From the human T2T-CHM13v2.0 reference genome, Homo sapiens: a DNA stretch of 64,000 bases. The stretch lies in the NCBI RefSeq assembly GCF_009914755.1, contig NC_060947.1; one strand, given 5' to 3'. Position numbers and translations under genes: made by a program. The notes beneath the pieces are model-generated. The model was not told where the DNA came from. It did no database searches and saw only the letters and a program-made list of their open reading frames with translations. Positions 27,891 through 44,199 of this stretch are shown piece by piece (positions within the stretch are counted from its first letter, which is position 1; the number at the start of each line of letters is the position of its first letter).

Positions 27891-28893
27891 TATTGGGGGA
27901 ACCAGCCTCCAATATTTCAAAGTAGGTTCTTTTCTATTTTCCCTAAGTGTCAGCCAGTCTGAGAAATAAAGGGAAAGAGTACAAAAGAGAGAAATTTTAA
28001 AGCTGGGTGTCCGGGGGTGACATCCCATGTTGGCAGGTTCCGTGGTGCCCCCTGAGCCGCAAAACCAGCAAGTTTGTATTAGCGATTTTCAAAAGGGAGG
28101 GGTGTATGAATAGGGTGTGGGTCACAGAGATCACATGCCTCAAAGGCAATAAAAGATCACAAGGCAAATGGGCAGGGCAAGGTCACAAGGCCAGGGTGAA
28201 ACTAGAATTGCTGATGAAGTTTCATGTCCCACTGTGCACGCATTGTCATTGATAAACATCTTAACAGGAAACAGGGTTCAAGAGCAGAGAACTGGTCTGA
28301 CTTGAATTTGCCAGGCTGGGATTTCCTAATCCTAGCAAGCCTGGGGGCGCTGCAGGAGACCAGGGCATGTTTCATCCCTATCTACAACTGTGTAAGGCAG
28401 GCACTCCAAGAGCCGCCATTTTAAAAGCCTCCCCCTGGGAGTGCATTCTTTTCCCAGGGCTGTTAATTATTAATATTCCTCACAGGGGAAAGAATTCAGC
28501 GATATTTCTCTTACCCATTTTCGGTAATAAGAGAAATATGACTCTGTCCTGCCTGGCTCCAGGCAGTCAGATCTAATGGTTATCTCCCTTGTTCCCTGAA
28601 CATTGCTGTTATCCTGTTCTTTTTTCAAGGTGCCCAGATTTCATATTGTTCAAATACAGATGCTTTATGAACAGGTTATGCAGTTAACGCAATTATCACA
28701 GGGTCCTGAGGTGACATACATCCTCAGCTTACAAAGATGATGGGATTAAGAGATTAAAGTAAAGACAGGCATAGGAAATTACAAGAGTATTGATTGGGGA
28801 AGTGACAAACGTCCATGAAATCTTCACAATTTATGTTCTTCTGCCCTGGCTTCAGCAGGTCCCTCCATTTGGGGTCTCTGACTTCCCGCAACA
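27891..28893 (-). mobile_element. MER11 (HML-8) solo LTR
   Basis: Ends ctgacttcccgcaaca (reverse complement of the MER11 start); perfect TSD CAAGAG (27885-27890 and 28894-28899). Confidence 0.92.
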
Positions 28894-29068
28894 CAAGAGG
28901 AAACGTAATCATGGCTGTCTTACTTGGGCCCGGAAAATGCTTAATGACTTTAGCAGAGTTATATCTATACTACACTGCTTTCATCGAGTTTCCCCAGACC
29001 TAACATAAGGAGAAAGGAACTTGAAAAATTGGAGATGGTAGGCAAAACTGGTTTTCAGCATGCCCCAC

Positions 29069-29488
29069 TGTATCAGTTATCTATCACTATGATACACTAT
29101 ATAACAAATACAAAATCTAGATTACACATAACACTACGCATCGAATTCTTATCCCTCAGTGCATAAGCTGGGTTCACCTAATGTAGGCTGGGTTTGGCTG
29201 GAGCAGCTCTGCTCAGTGTATCTGTCCTCCTCCTTGTTGATTTGACAGACTAGCTCAGAGGTGTTCTCATGGCAATGGCAGAAGCACAAGACTGCAAACA
29301 GGAAAACAGAAGGCCTAGAAGACCAAGGCTCAAACTAGGCAAACTATCACTTCACTGTCTTCTATTAGCCAAAGCAAGTCACACAGACAAACCCAAAAAA
29401 ATCCAAGGGTGGGGCAATATACTCCACTTCTTAAGTGGGGGAGGCAAGAGTAAGTAAATATTTCTGAACAATAATATAATGTACCACA
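29069..29488 (-). mobile_element. Old MLT1 (G-J type) LTR
   Basis: tgtatcagttatcta start; ttctattagccaaagcaagtcaca; ends taccaca. Confidence 0.7.
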
Positions 29489-29740
29489 CCCTCCTTTCTT
29501 CTCTGCTTCCTCTCTCGGCCACTTCTTTAGCTCTGGGAGAAAAAAACAATTAGTAAGAAACTGACTCACAATATAAGCAACTTGATATACTATCTTTTGG
29601 AGACATATGTGTATTTTGAAAAACAAACATAAGACAAGTGTAATCACTGATGGTGTCATTTCAGATCTCCCAAGTGAGCTGTATTTCTGGAAGGAACCTT
29701 TATAGACCATAGACATACCAGCCCCGAACAACAGGAAAGG

Positions 29741-29848
29741 CTTTTCTTCTCCTTCTCCTCCTTCTCCTCCTTCTCCCTCTTCTCCCCTTTCTCCCCCCCC
29801 CCTCCTCTTCTTCCTCTTCCTCTCCTTCTCCTTCTTCTTCTTCTTCCA
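29741..29848. repeat. Pure polypyrimidine (CTT/CTC) tract
   Basis: About 108 nt of only C and T. Confidence 0.9.
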
Positions 29849-32800
29849 CTTCTGGATAATATTATTTAAATAAGCTTTCTTTTTCTTCTGTTTCTCCTTC
29901 AGAAACACTCAAACTCTTATGCAACCACAGGAGCAAATCAAACAATGTGATCACCATAATTGGCAAGCCACCAACTTTAGGCTTTACTGGCCTAGTGAAT
30001 TGTTGCTATTTTCGTAACAGAAAACCATAACATTGTAATTACAAAATAATCCAAAACCCAGCCTACTGAAACTGCAACATTATCATTTTAATTTGTGTTC
30101 TTTATTAGCTATGAGGATTCAAATTTCCAAAAACCTTTGGGCTTTTAATACATACCAAACCCACAAGCAGCTGCAAACTGCCATGGATGCTGTTTTACAT
30201 TAAACAGGGTAACACAGATATCTTATATTTTCATTTGGTCACTTGATTTTCTAAGTCACATATACAAAACTTCCCAAAGTACTGCCAAATACACAATTAT
30301 GCCCAGTACTAAATTATTTACTTAAGAACTTTTCAGGATTCTGAATTCCCTGTTAGTTCCCATTGCCTCCTCTGGCTCCTGCTTTGCACACATTTTTCCA
30401 TAATGCTTACCTTCACACCACCACCAGGCCGGAAAAAACAGGCACACACCCTCTTAGTAACTGTCACATAGTATTATTTTTTAAAAGCAATTATCATATA
30501 CAGTCTGCATTTTTCAGATGAGGACTACCAGCCTGTGAAAGAGTGAATAACTGATCCAGAGTTTATATATCTAGTAGCTCGTACAAGCAGATTTCAATAA
30601 ACTCTTTCTAGGAGGGAGGAGACAGTGGTAGCAATTATTGTATGGATATTGAAACAGCCACCACAATAATGATAACAATAATAGATAAGTTTTATCAAAT
30701 GCTGCTCTTTGTCACATGCTAAACTGTTCACGTAAATTGCTGGGTTTTTTTTTTTTTTTCATCACAATGATTGTGCGATTTATGTTTTTTTTTATTATCT
30801 CTTTTGGTTGATGAGGAAACTGGCACAGAACGCTCAAGTTATTCCCTTAAAATTAACACTTAAGTTAATCTCTTAGCATGTTTTATTTTCTAAAAACATG
30901 CTAACTTTGAACTCGGAGTTTGAACTCTTGACAACTATGTTCCAGAGCCATCTGTCACCCTAGGTCTATGTATGGTGATGGATTAGAAATCAGGTGAAGG
31001 ACCAGAGCCCCATCTTCTGACCCCTAGACTGCACAGTTGGGCCACAGTGCCATTGGTTGGGGATACTTCATTCACTAATGTTTCATGACTGAAGTTATAG
31101 CAAGAAGTTATCACATATGAAAAGGCAATCCAAGATGTCAACAATTAAAACATCAGGAGGTAATCCCCAAGGAGAGAAATTCAACCTGAGTTTTCTTATC
31201 ATTTTGAGTACTAAGCAGAAATGGATTCCAAGGTATGGGAATCCCAGAGAAAATGAATCCCAGAGAAAGTGACTATGTCAGGCTGGAGGAAGACAAAAGA
31301 GCAGGTCCTGGCATCTGGCATCTGGCTTTTGCTTGTTCCTCTCGCAACACTCATGGGACTATGTAAAACCTTGACATCCTGGACACAATCATACCAACTG
31401 AGAATTGTCTGGGAAACCAGACATGCATGCTTGGTTAATTAATCTTGCTACCCAGTGAACAATGAAGAGAAAAAAAATCACATAAAATATATAAGGAGAA
31501 AAAGGGAAAGCTGAGTGTTGGAGTCAGTACAGTGAGGAGAGAAAAAACCAAGAGCCGAGTGTTGTAAGATTAAATTCCAGCCCCGTGGTAGACTAAAAGA
31601 AATATTTGATCTGGTCACTTATCCTTCCAAAGCTTCAGTTTCCAAATCTTTAAAAGGGAGGTAAGAAGTGGAGAGTAATTAAATGTCACTGAGTTTTGTT
31701 TCCTGCATTAACGTTCTGTTTTCCATGTTTTAGAAAGTTTTCAGCATTTCTGAAAAAAAATTCATTTATCATGCTTAGTTAAAGTATGCATAATAATGAA
31801 CAACTATATCCTTGTAGGCATGCTGCTCTGTGTTTTAGCACGTTTGTCAAGTTATGCAACAATCTAAAGAGCCACTTTCAGTCTAGTTTTCAGCTAGGAC
31901 TTTTGTCTCTGGCTGTGTACACACTAGGACTTTCTGTAGCAGTAGAGGCACTTAGAATTTCCTCAAGTAAGTTCTATTACTTCAAGGGGTTCCAATTCAG
32001 ACTTTAAAACATATGATTGCATGATAATGAAAATAAACCTCTTTGTCTTTTTGTAATTTGTGTTATTTATTTTTAAGTATAGACATTTAGATTTTTAAAC
32101 TACATTTTTTCCTCCCTCTGTTACCTAGAACTTCCCTGTCTTCCAAGATGAGCAAACACTAATCAGTTTTCCTCGGGCTTGAAATTATCAGTGCTACAAC
32201 TTGAGTTCAGATGGCACCTTCCTTCCAAATCCTTGCTTCAGTTACTTGCCGTGAAAAAATTACTTTTGGGGGCTGAAATTTCTTGCTTGCTTTTTTCCCA
32301 GAAGTGAATTATTTTAAGGAATTTAACTAAAATACATCCTGATAAGGTTTATGTGCCTACCAAATGTCATTTTAAATAAACAGAGCAACCCCCCTCCCCG
32401 ATATCTTTTGTGCTGCATAGATGAGCAAAAATAAAATCTCAAATTATTAGGCACTTATTATTTTTATCAAAATAAAAAAGGCTTCCTATTTCCCTTTAAT
32501 TTTCTACCAATTTTTTTCTTTAGTGTGTGTAACTTTTTGAAATTAGCCCAACACTAGATTTGTTGACTATGTGAGGAGCAGATAATACTATTCCCAGTGG
32601 TTTGCAACGTTTGAGATAAAGCTCAGAAAAGTAGTCCCACAGAAACCGTGCATCAGCAAATTTAAATTTTTTTTACAATTAAAAAATGTGAGATGGCTAC
32701 TACCAAATGTCGATTTGAATTTTCTGTATCATAAATACTAATACCATATGAGCACAATATTCTTCATAGCAATTAGTCATGAAGAAGAACTCTCACAGTG

Positions 32801-34299
32801 TTTTAAAACACTTCCCAATCCTTTGGGAACCATAACAGACACTGAATTTAGAAACAGAAATTCCCACATTGTTATAACTTGCAAGTCTCCTACACAGTCA
32901 TTTTTACACCTTTTACAAAAGTAATTGGCACTTTTTTCTTCTATAGTTGCAAGATAAAAATAAAATTAATACCAAGAAAATATGCATGCTTTCTGGAAAG
33001 TAAGATTAAAAATGAACCACAAAGGACATAATCAAATAAATTATTTTTATTATTTGGTACTGTGAACTAAGTATATGTTTTCCCATTTATAACCAATATA
33101 ACCCAGGTTGTCTAATGAACTTGTTTTTATTTAAGTAAAATGTAGAATCACAGAAATTTAGAATGTCAGAGCCAAAAGAAATATCACATCCAAATTCCTG
33201 ATCTTATTAAGGAGGAAACTGAGGCTTAGCTGGTTAAATGAATTGTTCCACCGCCCACTGGTGCTTTTACTTGTACATTAAATCATTAATGTGCTTACTC
33301 AAGTTAATCTATGATGCAAGATTCCTGTAAAATAAAATGCATATTTAATAATGTATTAAACTTATCCAAACTCAAGGTAAACACATAGCAAAGTACTTGA
33401 TCATGATTGGGGAAATAGATTTATTTTTAACTTAAATAATTTTACTCTGTGATTTTTTCTCCTTTAGAACCCGGTGCAAAATTTTTTCATCCAGTATTTA
33501 TTACGTATTTTCTATGTACCAATCTGTGTTCTAGAAAACAGAGACAAACAAGACACATGTTGTTCACTATATTCAAGTATGTAAATGGATATAGTTTGAA
33601 TCATTGATTTTCTTTTTTTAATCATTTATGTTATTTTTCTATTTAACCTACCAAAATTTTAAAATTTCCTTTATTAGACTCAAGCTACTCATTACAAAAT
33701 AGAACAAGTTCACCAATATTATGTTTAAGGAAAAAATGAAATTTAATTTTTTTATTGTAGACAAAGTAAACCTTCCAAGGCTATGCTTTGATTTCCTCAG
33801 TAATTTAGACTGATCCTATTAACTAAAGATTTATTCCTAAAAAAACTAGATAATGAGACTATTAGTAAACCTAAGGGATAATAATTATCATTTCTACAGA
33901 AATTTACAGTTCACCAATCACTTGCAAATGATTCTGATGGATGATTACAATTGCTTTCTGTGTTTAGATATCTAAGACTTTAAGTCTATATCAGTATCCG
34001 TTATCTATATCTATATTCATACTATCTAATTTGTAAATATGTAATATGTTTTCATATGCTTTATCATTTATGTTTAAATGCTAAATTTTGTGATATGTGC
34101 TACTGATTTTTGCTTTTCACGATAACAAAGAAGAGATGCATAATGAGAATGTGAGGAGTCAGGGAAATTTAATAAATACTTTTGGGGCTGTCAGATGCAG
34201 CAGCAACAGGATGATAGGTACTACTGTAGACAGTTGCAAAGGAAACAAGCCCAGAATTGGACAGGGACAGGGGTTGGGTGAACTTTACAGAAGTGATTC

Positions 34300-34620
34300 C
34301 TAAGCTGATTGTTGAGGATGTGCAAGAATCAATCAGAAACACAAAAAGAGAAAGGATATTCAAGGCAGAAAGAAAAACATGGATTTAGATAAGGAGGTCC
34401 AGGAGAGCAAGGAATAATTTAGGGGTGGAAAGTGATTGGGGAGTGCGTGAGTGTCTGTTTGGAAATGGGAAGTGGCTGTTGAAGAGATTGGAGAGAGAAG
34501 AGGAGGAGATATAACGGAGGGCTTTGTATATCTTGCTGAGAAGTTTGATTTTGTAGCTTTAACTTTAATTTGAAAAAGCAAAAACTGTCATAAATGAAGA
34601 GGATTGAGAAGCAAGACTTG
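34300..34620 (-). mobile_element. L2 fragment
   Basis: Purine-rich L2 antisense pattern (gagggctttgtatatcttgctgagaagtttgatttt). Confidence 0.5.
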
Positions 34621-36851
34621 TCAAAAAGAATTATACATGGATACAAAAGTTAGAGAGAATCCTAACTTAAAACTGGATATGGCTACCAACATACCTCCTT
34701 TCATATTTTTTCCAAGTAGTATCTGTTGAGCCAAAGATAAAACAAAGCAAAACAAGCAAAAAAAAAACTTCACTATACCTCAGGTTAAATTAACTAAAAC
34801 TAATTGAAGAACCTAGAAAGAATCTCACTAGTTGCAAAAGGTAACAGAACATAATTGAGAAATATAATTTTCAGCCTGAGCCTAAATCCTTTAATAGAGA
34901 GCATCAATACTAAGAAAAATTAAGTGATTCTTTAAAAATAATGAGCTATCATGCAAGGTTAATATATAGTATATTACTAAGTAAAAATAACATTTAAAAA
35001 TCATTTAGTAATATGTATAGAATGATCTCATTTTTGTGAACACCTTGATGAAGGGAAGCAACTATGTATTTATGAATACTTTTGAATATATCCATAGAGG
35101 CACAAAAAAGATGCAAAAGGACACTGAACAAACTGATTAACATTGGTAATCTGTGGAGAGAGAAGTTATCACATTTATTCGTAAACTTTGTATTACTTCA
35201 GTTGTTAAAACAAGCATGCATTATTTTTAATATCTAAAATATGTAAATTGGAAAAGCATAAGGCCAATATAACCGTGGGCAATTCAGAAAATAGTGAGAA
35301 TATTACTGATTAAAATATAAGAAATGTGATCAAAGCACTATTCATTGAAAGAAGGTTCATAGGTTTGAATATGTTCCTTATAAAAAATATTTAATTAGAT
35401 AGCAATTGTAGAAAGAAAAAACAAGAAAATCATCAAAAAATCAGAAAATTTGAAACAAATTCATAAATTATGGATAGTCAATTATAATACAATAAATAGA
35501 ATACTAGTTTTAAAAGTATTTCATACATGAAATTTTGGCAAATTAAGTGCAGAATACTTGTTTTTTGAAAGTGTTTTATGCGTGAAATTTCAGCAAATTA
35601 AATAATGATAGAAAACATTGATAAATATAATTTGAAGCATAAAAGAGAAAAACTTCAGTGCTGTTTAGAAATATAGAGACATAATACGTCCATTCCATCA
35701 ATTTGAAAAAAATTAATATATATGGAAAATAAAAATTATCTAGAATGACATAAGTATACAAAATCTGAACCAATTAACTAACATGGAAAAAAGTGAAAAA
35801 TGTATCAAGATTCTCAAAAAAGTTCTAAGTAAAGATGTTGTGTTGTTTTTCTGATATAATCAGTTCCGTGCTAAATAAACTATTTAATCTTATATAAAAT
35901 AATGGAAAGCCAAGCAATATGCTTTTGAATGGAGCACAATTAGGCTATCAGTAATTGACAAAGGTAATAGACAGAGAGGAGCGCATGTGCACACACACAT
36001 ACACATACCTCCATGCAACCATGTTTCATAATAGTCCAATCTCAAGTATATTTAAATGAGAATACCTGATTTCATGAAAAAAAGCCTCAGTCATTCATTA
36101 AGTGACTTATCTGCTGAGAAAAAAAAATAGAGCTATTTCAGGAATGAAAAGACTGCTTACTATTAGAAATTTTGTTAATATAATATGAATATAAGGACAC
36201 CTCTATATCATGAAAAGTAGTGAGTTGAACTAACAGTAATTAACATTTTAAAGTGGGAGCAAGCAATAAGTAAAAATGTCCAGGTATGATCCTGGGAACT
36301 CATTTCAGTTTGCTAAGCAATTAGTTGGCTGAGACCTAGAGCACCCCCTACTCCCAGGGAGAGGAGGTGTACTTTTACTCAGCTTCTCCAGGGATGGATG
36401 ACTTCCTACTATTGAGAGCAGGGCTACACACTTATCATGAACTTCAGTGTTTCCAAAGGCAGGGCAGCTAGCTTTCCCAGAGAACCTTGATATCCTAGTA
36501 CCACAACATTTTGTTCCCACAGTGATGAGTTTGTTCTCACAATTGACCTCTAACAAGGAAAAGTAGGAAACAGGAAGTGTCCCTCCATATGACTGACCAT
36601 GGCATGGCTCCTTGTGGAAAGATGGAAAAATCAGAATATACAGGCCTTCTCTTGCTACTCTTGCCATGTAAATTTCTCCAATGAAACCTGTTCCTTAATC
36701 TCTTCCTTATGATACTGTGCATTTTACTCTGATCAACCACATGGTTCATGGCAAATATCTAGAATCTTGGTCATTAAAATCTAAAACAAGAAAGTAAAGA
36801 ACATAGCATTCTTTTTCTAATGTAAAGAGAATAGAAACAAACCCCAAATGA

Positions 36852-37293
36852 TGTATATGTTAGCTCCTGTCTTTTGAGAAGCAGATGCCAAGATGGGATT
36901 AAACATGCAAGAAATTTATTGGAGAAAATGCCTGTGAAGGAAAAACGGGGAGGAATCCTGAGGGAGCTGGAAGACTCATCACACTGTGGTGCAAGTCCAA
37001 CCACTGTGCAGGAGAGAAAAGGAGATAAATTTGGGCAGGAAATGTATTAGACTGTGGCACAGTTATAAGAAGATTTCAACAGTCCTTGAGCCAAAATGGG
37101 CTGTCGGAAGAGCCCTGTGTTTTCCAGAATGGGTTTGTCTTAGCATCTCTGCCACACTGTCATTAGCTGGGAACAGCTCATGAGAAGCATGGCATTTGTG
37201 CCAATGTCACAATGGAAGGCAATAGCTGAGGACCTCTGTCAATTATTATCCCCGCAGTTAGACCTCTGAAAGCCTCATTCTCATGATTGCCAT
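36852..37293 (-). mobile_element. LTR16-family ERVL LTR
   Basis: agaagcagatgccaagatgggattaaacatgcaagaaatttattgg...cctgtgaagg. Confidence 0.65.
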
Positions 37294-37848
37294 AGTGTAG
37301 GTTTTAAATAAGAGAAAACCACAAGAATCGGTAGATAACATAACAATATGCTTGGAAAAGCCAAGAAGATGAACACCAAAACATTTATTTTTTAAAAGAT
37401 GGTTTAAAATTCATCTGTGGGGATGGTGATGTTCTGGAATTAAATTGCTTTGCAGGTAAGAACACTATGTGGTATGAGGTGTGGTATAGCAAGGACTGTA
37501 TTTATTCACGATTGCATAATTCAGGAATAATAATAAACCAACGACCATATATAAGCCTCAATATCTCATGACACTATATCCAGTTTTTATATGCTGTGCT
37601 GATAACTAGAAAAACAGAATAAATGTATCTTAATAGATTATATTATCACAGTTTTATAATAGGAGAATATTAAAATTGACTGTCTTAAAAAGAAAAATGT
37701 AAAAAAAGTCTGCATATATGCAATGAAGTAGTATTTAGTTATTTAATAAATCAGTCATTTCAAAGAATTTGTGCTGAAATGGTAAGATTTTCGAAATAAG
37801 TGAAATTTATCAGTATATAGCTCTGTTTCTGGTGTGGTCCTGATTACA

Positions 37849-37886
<38 letters not shown>

Positions 37887-38074
37887 AAGCAGATGCAAGG
37901 AAACAAACATAAACACTCATGCATAACTTCTGAAGGTTGAATTAGGAATAATTTGGTGTTTATCCTTTATGCTTTTTTCAAAATTTTTATTATGCATAAA
38001 ATGCAGTCAGAAAATGATTTTGTAAAATAATTTTAAAATATACAAACCATCATAGTAGAAACGTGGTCATCATT

Positions 38075-38560
38075 GATGCTGTTTTTCAAATATTTCTGGT
38101 ACCCTGCTTCCAAGCGCATGGTAGGAATGCTCTTCCTGGTGGCTTCATAGTTAAGGGGGGGCCATGTGACTAGACTGAAACAATGAGTTTAGAGGAGAAG
38201 CATGATGTGTCACTTCAAGGCTGAAGCATTTAATTGCTGATGTAAGATACTCCAAAGTTCTTTTTCCTCTCTGCATTGATGACCAGAAATGTCGAAAGTG
38301 GTGGATGCTTCATCAGCTTGAATATCTGAGAAGCAACCAGGAGCAAAGCCCCTCTGCAAACTTGTGATTGACATTTAGCATTAGTAAAAAATAAACCTTT
38401 GTTTTTAAAGCACTGAGATATGCCAGTTGTAGTCTTTATAACATAATCTAGTCCTTTGTGACTGCCACAAAATTGGTTACTAGAAAATGGGTACTGCCAT
38501 AAGAAAAACCTCAAATATGAGGCATTAGCTTCAGGACTCAGTGTCAGATGGGAAGAAAAC
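38075..38560 (+). mobile_element. MLT1I-like LTR plus start of MLT internal sequence
   Basis: ggccatgtgactag...gcatttaattgct...aaataaacctttg...gactgccaca, then aattggttactagaaaatgggtactgccataag (MaLR-int 5'-like). Confidence 0.65.
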
Positions 38561-38574
38561 AGTTACAGCAAAGT

Positions 38575-38599
38575 CCCCGCATGCGTATGCGCACGCGCG

Positions 38600-38634
<35 letters not shown>

Positions 38635-38640
38635 ACACAT
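38575..38640. repeat. (GC/CA) alternating microsatellite
   Basis: gcatgcgtatgcgcacgcgcgtgcacacacac... Confidence 0.9.
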
Positions 38641-38649
38641 CTCAAAAAT

Positions 38650-39083
38650 AACTGTAGACAGTACTTCTGTGGTATTCTTGCCAAAATGAATAACCTCAAT
38701 GTGATCATAAGAAAACATCAGGAAAACTCAAAATAGGATGTATTTTACCAAATGCCTGATCAGTACACTACAAAACTGTCAAGGTCATGAAAGACAAGAA
38801 AAGAGTAAAAAAAAAGTCACACATGAGAGGAGGCTAAGGAGATCCAACAATTAACGTATATTATTGGATACTGGAAAAGAATAAAAACATTAATGGGAAC
38901 ATTGAAGAATTTTGAATTAGCTCTATAATATAGTTAATATTGTTAATTTCCTGGTCTTGATAATTATACTATTGTTAAGAAGATGTTAATGATACAGGAA
39001 GCCGGGTGAAAGGAATATGAGAACTCTCTGTACTGTTTTTGTAACTTTTTTGTAAATTTAACTTATTTAAAACTAAAATAAAA
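38650..39083 (+). mobile_element. L1MC4-like 3' end
   Basis: ggtattcttgccaaaatg; aaaactgtcaaggtcatgaaagacaag; gaactctctgtactgtttttgtaactttt. Confidence 0.75.
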
Positions 39084-39168
39084 GATATGGTGGAAGGAGA
39101 ACTGTGTAGCTTTGTCAAAATGTCATGCAAAGGCGAGTAAAAAATTCTTCATGCAAAAAACTAAAAGA

Positions 39169-39203
<35 letters not shown>

Positions 39204-39307
39204 CAAGTTCAATTTCTCCCTTGAGGGACCTATAATTGCTCCAGATGGCAAACGTTCAAGTCTAAGTAACCAGGGGATTTATTCAGTCCAAAGCATGTGG
39301 GGGAGGT

Positions 39308-39923
39308 TGCATCAGTCAGGGTTCAATCAGAGAAACAAACGCTCAGAGTGATTCACATATAAGAAGGGACTTATAATAGGGTCTAGGCCTTATTGAATTG
39401 TGGAAACTGGTTAATCAGTCTCAGCGAGGCTTTTGTCTTTGCATCAGATGCTGAAACCTGAAGTCAGCAGGGAAGTCAGGAAGAGGAGATGATGCAAAGC
39501 AGAGGAAGCAAGGATAAATGGAATCCATGAGGACTATCTGGAGCTCTCAAGGACTGACTGGGACCCATGTTGATCTTCCACTGCCTCCAAACCTCCAATT
39601 TCAATGACATCAATGCCCTGAAAAAAAAAAGTGGGCGTTCTTTTTTATGGAGCTGGTGAAGAAGGAGGAAGATATGAGGGAGAACTGGAGCAATTGTGGG
39701 CCCAACTGCTGCCTCACACCAAGGTAAGCCAGGATATAAGCAAAAATATTCATGAGCTGCAGCAGCACCTTTCTGAGCATAAAACAAATGTGGCTACTAC
39801 TTTACCTTTGCCTCCCAATTCTTTTACCAAATGCCTCTGGTAGCACAAGCAATCTCAGAACCATTCAGGGAACTCTGAGTAAAGTTTTAGTTTAGCTAAG
39901 TGAGCAGAATATAAATCCCCACA
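39308..39923 (-). mobile_element. LTR41-like ERVL LTR
   Basis: tgcatcagtcagggttcaatcagaga start; ends ccccaca. Confidence 0.6.
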
Positions 39924-40434
39924 GAGGCAGACCTTCTAAACAGCAGGTGGAAAAAGAACTGCGTAATTTATCTGCTTTCACTTTTGCTCTCATTGACACC
40001 GAGTGTCACTTGAAATACCAAATGATGTTTTTAATGTTTTGTTAATATTATTGCTGGTATGCGTCCCATGAAGTTATACGGGATGCCCCAAACTTGGAAT
40101 TCTAGTTTATAACTCTCTTCTTATGGCCCATAAATTCTCTTTTGGGACTCTTAAGATCCTTTCCTGACAGCAGACCTTGGTAGGGGCTTCTTGAGGCTCC
40201 CAGACCCCCGGGCAGTTGTCCATAACTTTGGATCTCAGTGAGCAGGAACTTCAGTCGTTACGTTCCTTTCTAAATTCTAATCTCATTTTGCAAATTACTC
40301 TACATTTTCCCCAAAACTCTTGAAATAATACTCATTTCAAGAAGTATTATCAAAGAAAAGCCATTGTTAGGACACAAGATGTTTCATTACATCTTTCTTT
40401 CCCAAGAAAATTCTGCAAAGAATGATGTGGTATA

Positions 40435-40729
40435 GGCTGGATGTGTTGGCTCATGCCTGTAATCCCAGTACTTTGGGAGGCTGTGGCGGGCGGATCACCT
40501 GAGGTCAGGAGTTCGAAACCAACCTGGCCAACATGATGAAACCCCGTCTCTACCAAAAATACAAAAATTAGCCGGGTGTGGTGGCACATACCTGTGGTCC
40601 CAGCTACTCAGGAGGCTGAGACAGGAGAATCACTTGAAACCAGGAGGCAGAGGTTGCTGCGAGCCAAGATTGTGCCACTGCACTCTAGCCTGGGTGGCAG
40701 AGTGAGACCCTATCCCCTCCCCAAAAAAA
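40435..40729 (+). mobile_element. AluSx/Sz just beyond the DCAF8L1 3' end
   Basis: Full dimer; TSD aatgatgtggtata / aatggtgtggtata. Confidence 0.95.
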
Positions 40730-40818
40730 TGGTGTGGTATAGTTCATCGGTGTTGGGGAAAAGGTGATCTTCTGAATTCATTTACACAAATAACACATAT
40801 AAAATAAAAATGAATATT

Positions 40819-40824
40819 TTTATT
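40819..40824 (-). terminator. Likely distal poly(A) signal of DCAF8L1
   Basis: TTTATT on + (AATAAA on -), followed on - by a T-rich tract; ~1.5 kb downstream of the stop codon. Confidence 0.5.
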
Positions 40825-40876
40825 GAACAGTAATTTAACATCTAGTAACTTAAATTTATATTAAGTAAAGCTTAAG

Positions 40877-41230
40877 ACAATTTTTAAAACAATTTAAACT
40901 CGAGGACAGCTGAGAGAACTTTAAGCAATCCATGGATGTCAAATAGGATTTTTCTACCAACTACATCACTTGTAAGTATAAACAATTTTTACTGCAACAA
41001 TTTTTAAAACAAACTCATAAAACAGCTAAATTTTAAGCAATGCATGGATGTCAAATAGGATTTTTCTACCAACTACATCACTTGTAAGTATAAACAATTT
41101 TTATTGCAACAATTTTCAAAACAAACTCATAAAACAGCTAAATTTTAAGCAATGCATGGATGTTAAATAGGATTTTTCTACCAACTGTATCAAATGGTTA
41201 TGTGTAAGTATAAACAATTTTTATTGCAAC
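40877..41230. repeat. ~3 copies of a 112-bp tandem repeat in the DCAF8L1 3' region
   Basis: TTAAGCAAT recurs at 40921, 41033 and 41145; the units are near-identical. Confidence 0.93.
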
Positions 41231-41552
41231 TTATTCTTAAAAGTTAATTAAAATAAATGTTTTCAAATATGAGAGATTTTTATATTCCTATCTGGTATCT
41301 TATAGGAGATGCTTGCGCCAGGAGGACTTCCTGGAATGTAATCCTGTGGGAGTTCCCAACCATAAAACTTCAAGAACATTTAATGCATAGAGTAAACAAT
41401 GTCATGTGATTAAATTTAATTTAGTTCTTACCAGCTTCAGTGTGCTCAAATTAATCAATATTATTAACATATTGATTCAGAAAATGTGGATAATCCCAAG
41501 TTATTTGCTCTGAGGAGATGAATTATCTGGTTAGGAATTCATCTACACACTA

Positions 41553-41951
<399 letters not shown>

Positions 41952-42339
41952 TCAAAGAACTATGGTTTGCCTTATTTTACCTCTAAAGAATAAACACGTT
42001 TATGAAATTTTCAACTCAACTGAAGAACTTTATCTTCAAAATAAATTGGTAAAAAATGAAAAAACTAAAAAGTAATAGCTTTCAGAATGTCTGAAATGAG
42101 TAGATACATCTAATAAGGCCATTAATTTTTTCAACAAAATTATGCAATTTTAGAGGTCAATTATAAGGGAACAAAGGAAAAGAGGCATAAATAAGTTGTG
42201 TATGCACTCATATAAGGGGTAACAAAAACAGAAGACAAAAAGCAAATCTGTTAATCAATTGACAATTCTAAATTAGTCAAACTGAATTTTAAAGTCCAGT
42301 GTACTTAGGTGGCATCTAGCTGGACTGGATATGAGGCCT

Positions 42340-44190
<1,851 letters not shown>

Positions 44191-44199
44191 CTAAAAGCT

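Noticed and set aside
29330-29908. 192-aa K/E/G-rich ORF
   Set aside because: Produced by the purine strand of a simple repeat plus MLT1 sequence.
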